DNA of 57,787 nucleotides from Perkinsus olseni (Eukaryota): NCBI GenBank assembly GCA_013115125.1, contig JABANN010000172.1, positions 1 to 57,787 of the forward strand, read 5' to 3'. Shown piece by piece: positions 12,464 to 21,166 of this stretch (position 1 is its first letter; each line of letters starts with the position of its first letter). The notes under the pieces were generated by a model. It saw only the letters and a program-made list of their open reading frames with translations, ran no database searches and was not told where the DNA came from. The position numbers and the translations under genes were made by a program.

Positions 12464-14363
12464 ATGGGTCGTCGTTCTTCGGAAGGCAAGAAACGGCCAA
12501 CGGTTGCCGAAGGTAAGGCCTCTCAAGCAGGCCAGAGGGGGAGCTCTCGTGCGGCAGGTGAGAGCAGCTCGTCGAAGAACCTCATGTACAAGTCGGACCA
12601 TCGCGGTACTTGGGAGTCTGACTTCGCTGAAGCGGCGCAGCACGCTCGGGACTGCATCCAGGGTAGTAAGTGGTATCTTGAGGTTGAGCTGGTGATTCAC
12701 GGATTGAGTCGGCACAGTTGAGCCTCCTGTAGGTAACCCGCACTGTGGTCAGCGTCTGACCGATCCCCTCTGCCGCTACTTGGATAGTCAGTCCGCGTCT
12801 GGGCTCCATCCCGAGTTCCGCCGAGAAATCGATTTAACAAAGCGGAGGGTTTACCATCGCCGAGAGAATGAGGATAAATCAACTCTGCATTGGGGCCAGC
12901 GTGAGTCGGGATGCCCACTCTTCACAGCGCTGACGAGAGAATCTTAGGTCAATCCTTGCATTTCTCAGGCAAGCTCCTGCTAGCTGAGCTGGAGTTCCTC
13001 ATGGCGTATGACTCGAACGCAGCAGCATTGGTGGTTTACGTCGGAGCTGGCCCGGGGGACCATATACCGGTCCTCATCCGCCTCGTCAATGTAAGCCCAT
13101 GGTCGATCTAAGATACCCTAGCCAGGACCGTCGTGCTCAGGCCTATCGACACTATCATGATCGTCAGCCTCTCTCGTTCGAACTCTTCGATACCACTCCT
13201 TTCGCTGAACCTCTGAGGAGGATGGCAGCAGAAGACCCCGGGTCACTCCGGCTCATCCAAGAGAAGTTCGACATCGACCGAGGTGATGACCACGGCTTGC
13301 CCGCCGGGAGGAACATCGGTTTATCCTCAGCCCGGAGCAGTCGGTATCGGGACAGCAGTACTCCAGTGCTGCTCATCAGCGATATCCGTAGTGGCAACTG
13401 GCAGGGGCAGTCCTTCGACGAGAACGAGAAAAGTAAGTTTGCTGCTGCTGAGTCCTTACTGTGACAGATGGCGTCCTGCAGTGGTGATGGCGGACATGTC
13501 GGCCCAGCTGGCTTGGTGGACGGCTATGAAACCACAGAAGGCTCTGATGAAATTCAGGTAGTCCTCGTACCACTCCAAACGAACTTCTCAAAGGCTTCGT
13601 TCCTCAGACTGCCGTACACCGAGGGCGAGGTCAGCTACGCGTCCGGGAGGGTTAACTACCCTCTTTGGGGCGCCCAGACTACAACAGAAGCTAGGCTGAC
13701 GATCGACACACCGAATGCTCCGATAATAGAGTACTACCGGACGAGGGGGGCTTTCGATATTCTCGCTTCCACCGACCCTCGAGGGATTATTGCCATCAGC
13801 GTCGTGCTTTAGGTACGATAATGGAGAGTTCGGCGAAGCCATGGCCTACTTCAACACCGTAAGAGCGCAGAGGAGGGGCCCGACCGTAGCGACGTCGTGT
13901 CCAGGTTCTCCGCACTGCCGTTTACGAGAGACCAAGTAACTTGAAAGGGCCAGACGAGCCGCTGTTGGAGGCAGGCCTTTGCCGGTGTTACGACTGCACA
14001 GCGGAAGTCCGGATACTCAGCGCCTACTTGGAAGGTTGCGGGGCGGACGGGTCGAGTACCCACACTGTCGCGGACTTCTCCACGCAAATATCGGACCAGA
14101 TGGGCCCTCGGACTCTTCTCACCTGCATTCGGAACCCGGCAGAGAAGGGCACTCCCGAGGTGGGGAAGGGGTCACCGAAGCGAAGGAAAGTAGTAGAAGA
14201 GGAGGAAGTCCAGGATGAGGATCCCACACTGGCTTTGATGCGGTCTATGGGCCTGCCGACGGGATTTGTTGGGGACAAGCAGGCTCAATACGAGGAGGAA
14301 GAGGATGAGTCGTCTGGTGAGGATTCCAGCGGGAATGATGCCGAGTCTGACGAGCCCTGGTGA
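12464..14363 (+). CDS. VP39-like cap-specific mRNA nucleoside-2'-O-methyltransferase (poly(A) polymerase regulatory subunit family), multi-exon
   Basis: Spliced motifs HWGQ|RKLLLAELEFL, VVYVGAGPGDH, LLISDIRS, ALMKFR|LPY, PLWGAQTTTEARL, MAYFNT, CRCYDCTAE. The K-D-K-E tetrad is complete. Confidence 0.88.
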
Positions 14364-14478
14364 TGGGTGTTGCTGTTGTTCCTCTTGTTTATTGACTGTC
14401 GTTTCACTACCACCCTGTCTTGCTTACTGTAGTGTCAATTGACCGGGGGTTCCGTCAGATTGTGTTTGACTGTTGAGG

Positions 14479-16077
14479 ATGCCGGTCGTCACTCGTCGCC
14501 GCTCCTACGCGCCCGGGGACGACATTCAGCGGCCATCCTCTAACCCACTAGAAGCAGCCTCGCAGCCGCCCCTCAGGAGGCGGTCTACTGGCGGGTCGAG
14601 GCATCGAGAAAAGAGGGAACGTCCGGCCGTCTCTCGGGTCCTACAGGAGAAAAGGCCGGCCGATTCAGCGGACTTGAACGCCTCTAGTGGGCCCATGCAG
14701 ACCTCTGGAAGTCGCCGTAAATCTTCCGAGTGTCCGCAGCCTGGAGAGAGACGTAGTACCAGGGCTTCCACCGCGATCCGGGCCTAACCTCATGTTCTCT
14801 CAGCGGCCCCTCCTGCCCCTCCAGCGAGCCCTTCAACGACGGCGGCCGAATGCACTCCCCGGAAATCGCCGTCTACGAGTAGCTCGAGCGAGCCCTTGAC
14901 GCCGGGGACCATCCTATTGAGGGAGTATACCAGGCATGTAGGAGGCTGGCTGGCTGGCTGGCTCATGGCTGTTGTTGGGAGTGATAGTGTATGCCAGTTC
15001 TCCTTCAACCCGGGTCTTCTTGATCATTCTACCTACTGGTCTGACTCTAGTTTAGCCAACCTCTGCCAGAAGTTACGACTACCGGTAAGGACTTGGGCGG
15101 TGAGGGTAGAGGTTGAGCTTGGCCACTGCAGGCCTCGGGGTCGAGGGAGGAGATCATCGGCCGCCTCCGTACATGGCACGCCACCCACAACCCGAACGGG
15201 CCCACTCCCGGGGTGCCCAGCTACCGAGCTGCTAGTGAGCTTACCACCCACCTCCGTGTGAGTTGATGACATTTCGTCAGGCGGTAATTTCTGTCTCATC
15301 GCCGTCAAGGAAGGTCTGGTTGCCGAGAAGTTCAAGAGCCCATTCAAGCGTAAAGCTGGAGCTTCGAAGCCCATCCTCAGGTCACCTGGTCGTGACGGTC
15401 CTCGCTCGCGACTCTGAGCTCTCAGGAAAGTGTCGTCCTACAGTCCCAACTCATTTACCACTGCTGACCCCCTGCTGCCGGTCGTCGAGTCGCCTAAGGC
15501 CGTCAACAGGCCTGACGGCGGCTGCAGGAGCCCAGAGGGCGGCCGTTTGTCTCCATGCAAAGAGCGACGTCGAAGGTATCACCATTGATGGCATCACCCG
15601 ACCGCCCCTTCACAAGCCCTGGTCAGCATCTGTCCTCCACTCAATGCAACGGACTCGGAAGGAGACTCTGCAAACGACGAGAAGAGCGTCGTCTCTAGAC
15701 ACGACCAGAAACTCGATCAAGCAACGCCGGCAAAGCCGTGAGTACCTGGCCAGCAACTCCCAAGGATGATCACACGCTGGTATTGTCAGGTCCCGCGCCG
15801 GTGTAGCAGCTTCTGAGGGTTCAACGAGGCGTAAACGTCGACGAGTGCAGTTCTCTCCGTAGGCGGCTCCGAGCAGTTTCCTCGTCCATCCCCCTGCAGG
15901 TTCAACGAGGTTCAGCTCATGTCACCACGACGACTGGTGCCGAGCCTTTCCCGTAAACGCCTTATGTTTGAAGCAGTACCCGAAGAAGTAGTGAACCTCA
16001 TCGGCTACGCCCTCGGACCCTCTACGCAGGATCCCTTCGCCGAGACCTCCCATATTCCTATTGAAGAATGCCAGTAA
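14479..16077 (+). CDS. hypothetical multi-exon S/P/R-rich protein with C-terminal RVxF-like motif (RRVQFSP|FNEVQLMSP)
   Basis: Chain of plus-strand exons with GT-AG gaps ending at TAA 16075-16077. No domain recognised. Confidence 0.45.
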
Positions 16078-16950
16078 ACTGACAGCTGCGCATCGGTAGC
16101 TGCCACTTGTACAGTATCGAGCGTTTTCTCATTGTTGTTTTATCACTCTCTCTGTGTTAACGTACATTACGGTTCATGACTGTCCCTCTACTATTGCAGC
16201 ATCCCTCCACGTCATCTGCATGTCGACATTGACTGCCTCTCACCACTCTTACATTTGCGTTCTCAAATAGTGGGACAATAACGGTGCGTGTGTGTGAGTT
16301 AAAAGTCGAACGCCGACAGTACGGCTTGGACTAGCACCGACGAACCTCTCTATGGGGGGGGAACAGGTCAGCCTGTTGAATAGGCCTTGTTCATCTAGCC
16401 AAGGAATATTACCCTCAGAGCGAGGCCATCGTCAGCTGAGGTACAGCTGCGGCGACTGCGCACGACCAATGAAACACTTGCACTTCCCACAGTGTGTCTA
16501 CCACCTGAATCTAACGTATTCAGACAAGTACGATCCCTTGCGAGTCGTCCACACCCTTCAGCTCCGTGCTGCCTTGAAGACGATCGACACTTCATAAGAA
16601 TATTATCGACTAGGTCTGGCGTTGTTATCATTTGTCATCTTGACGCGACATCGTGGTGTTTGATAACCCTGCCTTTCTCGTGCTATAGGTTATACGTCCC
16701 CCGTATTGAACGAGAAGTCGTTCCATTTACGTATTACCCCGGTGAGTTCCATGAACACCCGACTAACAACGCAACAGATTCTTCCAGTTTAAATGTTACA
16801 TTAAAGTGAGTGCTGCCGCCTTCGGGAGTTTCAGTGGGCCGCCAAGAACTGAGATGAATGAAGAAAGACCATCTTCCCTTACCATTGATAACGCAAGTTC
16901 TCATCATCACAACTCAACTACTCATCCCCATCCAAGCACCCCGAAAAAAT

Positions 16951-18512
16951 TCAATTCCACGCTCCCCATGGCCCCAATTCTAGCGAGAACTCCAGATTTC
17001 TGTCAGACGCGGCACCCGTAGTGGTGATGTCATCACACAAGAATGATGGCACTTCACGGTTGCACCGCTGTGTTTCGAACCACGAGAGCATGTTCTCTAT
17101 TGTGGAAACAGTTGATAGTGGTAAAATGAAAAATGCAGTGGTATTAATACCCTTCGTGACAACAAACTTTTCCTTATCGGCTCGAGTGCTGCCTGCTGCC
17201 GAAGACCCTAGCTTCACATTCAGCTCCAAGCGAGCCTTCTTCGAGCTCTTCCGAAGTAGTTTGGAACCTGAGCACCACCACGGTGGTCACGATTCCAGCA
17301 GCAACAACGACAGCCACTACCAGATGATGGCTTGTGCCCTGCCTTCTTGTTTGGGCGGGCTGCCGACTGCGGCCTTTTCTGAGGTAACCTCTTCCCGTAA
17401 GCAACGAAGTGCAACTGAAAGTCGAAACTCAGCCGAGGAATGACCTGCAAGGGCAACCGCTTACTTGATCACGAAGACGTCTATCCGGAATCAAAGCCGA
17501 CAGCTTCAACGTGTCATTACAGCCTGGGCACTTGTTAGGCCACAGCGTACCGTCCACGCAAGAGTGAGTCCTGAAGGGAGGTCGGTTGAACAGCCGACGG
17601 AAGTGACCGACGGTCCCTATTACTTCGCCAAGTGCTCCACCACACACTTCCGGCAGTACATGTTGGCACAGCATGGGGTGATCTCCGCCTCGACCGGTAG
17701 TTGATGGCAGATCCCGCACGAGAGTAGGAGGCCCTGCACACGCCAGTCAGCGTCGGAGAAAACCTGAGCAGCGACCACCATCACAATCTGAACAGGGTCG
17801 TCGATTGCATCACCCTAGTCAAACGCTCCTTCTCGGATTCTCCGACTATTTTCTTTCGCTCTTCATCCGACACTTGCTTCATAACAGCATAATCACCTGC
17901 GGAGGACGAGCATAGCAGGCCGACCCTCAGCAGGCTGATGACCACGCCACCATTGGGGAGTATGTAAACATCCTCCGTCATGTCCTGGGCCTCTTCCCGA
18001 GTCACAATGCGGAGGAACTGCCGAGGGACACCTCGGGCCGACTTAACCTGACAAAACGTCCGTCTCCGATACCCGGCGAGGCTGTCTCAATCACCTTCTG
18101 TTTTGAGGTGTAGTTTGGGTCATCATTGGTCGGACAGTCGTATATGAAGTGGCCGGGCTCTCCACAGCGATGACAGCGATAGTGAGGTGGCGGCACAGCC
18201 TTGGTTTGTGCGGATGCTTCCTCGCCAACCTTCCTCCGAGGTTCCGGCCGCTCACCGTACCTTGACAAGGGCAGGATGTAAGTCAAAGGTCCCCGGTTCG
18301 AATCCCAGGCCCTGCCCTCTATTTCTTTACTTTATGGCAGGCCGCATGATCTTCCTTCCACTATCATCAACGCTGCCCGGTGCGTCAGGGCAGACCATAC
18401 TGATGTCGTGGCCAGCTATGAGGGAGTCTATGGCGGCAATCTCCGACTCATCCTCTCCTTCGAGGTCAACCACTGGCCGCCGAGGCTTCTTGTGGGCGAA
18501 CGTCTGCGCCAT
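16951..18512 (-). CDS. RBBP6/Mpe1-like protein (CCHC zinc knuckle + RING), multi-exon
   Basis: PPPHYRCHRCGEPGHFIYDCPTNDDPNY knuckle. LSCGICHQLPVEAEITPCCANMYCRKCV..KCPGC..LIPDRRLR RING. EDESEIAAI segment near the start. 3' end approximate. Confidence 0.8.
18286..18307 (+). repeat. tRNA variable-loop/T-arm (B-box)-like 22-mer in intron 18261-18330
   Basis: AAGGTCCCCGGTTCGAATCCCA, 21/22 identical to 46550-46571, flanked by inverted repeat AGGGCAGG/CCTGCCCT. Confidence 0.75.
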
Positions 18513-18596
18513 ACAGAAGGGAGACCAACCTGGTAAACCTGACGGCCGGATGATAATAAGACCCTCGCCAAGTAGGAGCGCTCTGGGTTGGGGAAC

Positions 18597-18668
18597 ATGC
18601 CGCCGGCAGGGGTCGAACGCGCGTCCTATCCGATGAGAGGAGTGAGACCATACTACGCACCAACTCAA
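18597..18668 (-). pseudogene. degenerate tRNA-like sequence (A-box/B-box-like), possible tRNA pseudogene or SINE head
   Basis: Minus strand GTTGGTGCGTAGTATGGTCTCACTCCTCTCATCGGATAGGACGCGCGTTCGACCCCTGCCGGCGGCA. It has a GTTCGA T-loop and a tRNA-like 3' end, but the stems are imperfect and it is only ~67 nt. Confidence 0.3.
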
Positions 18669-19359
18669 CAGATCTGCCACACTCCAAAGGAGCGAAGACT
18701 ACTATGCTGCGGGCAATGGAGACGATGATGATGATAATAATGATGACGAGGCCGACAAGAGTCACAGACATCGTTAATAACTCACACAATGATAAGGCGA
18801 GTGGTTGCTAACATCGCTACAGACGACCGAAGGAGGGCGATCGAGACCTACAGAATCCCAACTAGGTCTTCACAAATTGATGATGCCCAGATACAAAGAG
18901 GACGCGGATTCTCCTATGTCCGATCTGAGAGAAATCGCAAGAAGTTCAAATACGTATAGCAATGGCAAGCAGGCTCTGGCGCCGCAGCGGGGGGTGGTGT
19001 AGGTTAACGCTACGGATGATGCGCCCTTCGCGAGGCTACTATTGGTTACAGACTAGTACTGAGAAGGCTAGTAATGGTGACCAAGGGGGAAGGCAAAGGA
19101 CGCCTGCGGGTGATGAAGTACTACTATAGAAAGGAAGAGGAGGAGGAGAGAAGTATAACAACAACAAGAAGGAGAAGATAGATAAGAATAAAGATACTCG
19201 GGAGTTCAGATCATGAAAAACTCATCACCACCGCAATCCTGATCGACCGATCACTCCCAAAGACGCAAAGGCGTCTTCGAACAGGTGAGGACGCAATACG
19301 GTAGGACCACGAATTAAGTGGAGACGCCAGCAGCAACAATGGATAGACGACCTCCACCA

Positions 19360-20713
19360 TCATTGTTGTGCGCACTCCGGCAGCTGGTCGTTGGTGTCGC
19401 TGTTACTGTCCGTACCAGTCCCCGCCGCTGCCGCTGGCGGCCCCTCCTCCTCGATAGGGCGGAAGTGTGTGGCCTCCTCAGAGGAGTCCGTAGGGGCGGC
19501 GAAGTCGTGGTGCTGGGACATGCTGCACGCACACTCCAGACCTCTGAAGGGATTCCTCAGGTAATAGCAGGTCGAGCAAACGGTTGCCGTAGTATCCATT
19601 CCTGCAGGGACGGGATGACGACGAGGAGGCTCCTTGGACCGTCGCATCGGTGCAGCACCGAAACCGATGATCAGAGGTTTACTCCCAAGGGACTCCAACA
19701 TAGCGTGGAAGGTGGCACCGTTGTTGCTGTTGCTGCTCTGCTCAAGGTTGGCCAAGGTAGCCTCTCGCCCTTGTATACGGGCAAAGTACACTTCACAGCG
19801 CTTGAAGCCACTCGCCCCTCCCGCCTTGCCGCCATGACCAGCACGACCCGCTGGGAAGGTCAAGTTGGCGACGTGTGCAGCGAAGACCACCAGATGCTGA
19901 GGCGAGCGAAGATTGACAAAGGCGAATCCTCGATTGGCAACACCATGGACATCCGCAGGAAGGTAGAGGAGGTCGTAGCAAGGCTCGTCGCTGACGTAGG
20001 GGCAGCAGGCGTCCAAGGCTTGCTGCAGGTGAAATACGGTAAAACTGAAAGGGGAAGAGAATCCTTCACGAGAGTCTTCCGAAGCGCTCTTACTATTTCG
20101 GTATCTTTTTCATCATCAGCGTGGTCCTCGTCTCCTCCTCCTTATTATTGAGCAGGGCCTCCAGATCCAAGGGCTCCATCCCTCCCGTTATATTGGTCCC
20201 ATTCATCGCCATCAAACCACCACCACCGCCCGGCTGAGACGTTATCGGCTGCGGTTGTGGTTGGTAATGATGATGGTGTTGTGGCAGGTCACTTGGTTCT
20301 TCCACCAACACCATATTCCCGTTGGCATCAGGACTGGGACGCACCGACAGGGCAGTAGGCGTCGACGTGGCCGTATCAAGCACCGAGAACCTGCTCTGCT
20401 GGTGCGGTTGCTGCTGCTGACCTGTAAGGGCGCTCTCAATGATCCTAGCTTGCCGGTCGAGCATGTTCTTCAGACGAATGTAGGTCTCGACGTGCTTGAG
20501 CAGCTCCGGGTCCCTTAGTGATAGTACTTGCCGCAGCTGCTCCAGATCGATCGAACTTGTGTCGATGAACTTGGGAGCGCTTGTTGTTGTTGGCGGCTGT
20601 GAAGACGGGGGAGCCTGCGGTGGTTGGGACTGGCCGGAAGCAGCAGCAGCAGGCGGCGGCGGGGGTGGGGGCGAAGCAGGGGAAGGAGGAGAGGAGGAAG
20701 AAGAAGGCACCAT
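19360..20713 (-). CDS. MEI2-like RNA-binding protein (C-terminal RRM3/RRM_2)
   Basis: ETRTTLMMKKIPKY|FTVFHL..YDLLYLPAD..NRGFAFVNL..KRCEVYFARIQG. Intron ~20046-20093. P/Q-rich N-terminus. Confidence 0.85.
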
Positions 20714-21166
20714 AAGAATGAAACGGTAGTGAAAGGTAATGCAGGGAAAGCTGAGTCAACGCCATACCACTCCAATCGTAACTTCCACAAGCAGCGAACC
20801 CAACCCGAGCAGCACAGAGTTGGAAAGTATACCAATTAATGTGATGGTGACGTCGTTGGCGATGAGATCGGCGGAGGCGGCGGCGGGGGCGATGGTCATC
20901 CCTCCCCACTATCATTCTCATCTCCACTAGAATACACGGCCTCTGAGACAGCAGGTACGATGGGAACGAAATCACAACTACAACCATCACCACCTACCAT
21001 CATCATCAGCGGGCAGCAGCAAAGTCGCAGAAGCCTCAGCAGCAGCATCATCATCAGCATTCTCCTGGTCCTCGTGCTCCTCATTCGCCTGCAGAGGATT
21101 AAGCGTCAAGTCCACGAGCCAACCTTGGACACGTAAGAAGCTCGGTTATGAACACCTCATAGGCCC

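Noticed and set aside
12464-14363. Endogenous giant-virus/poxvirus insertion suggested by the VP39-like gene
   Set aside because: The gene has many host-type introns and the neighbours are ordinary eukaryotic genes; no other viral genes are present.
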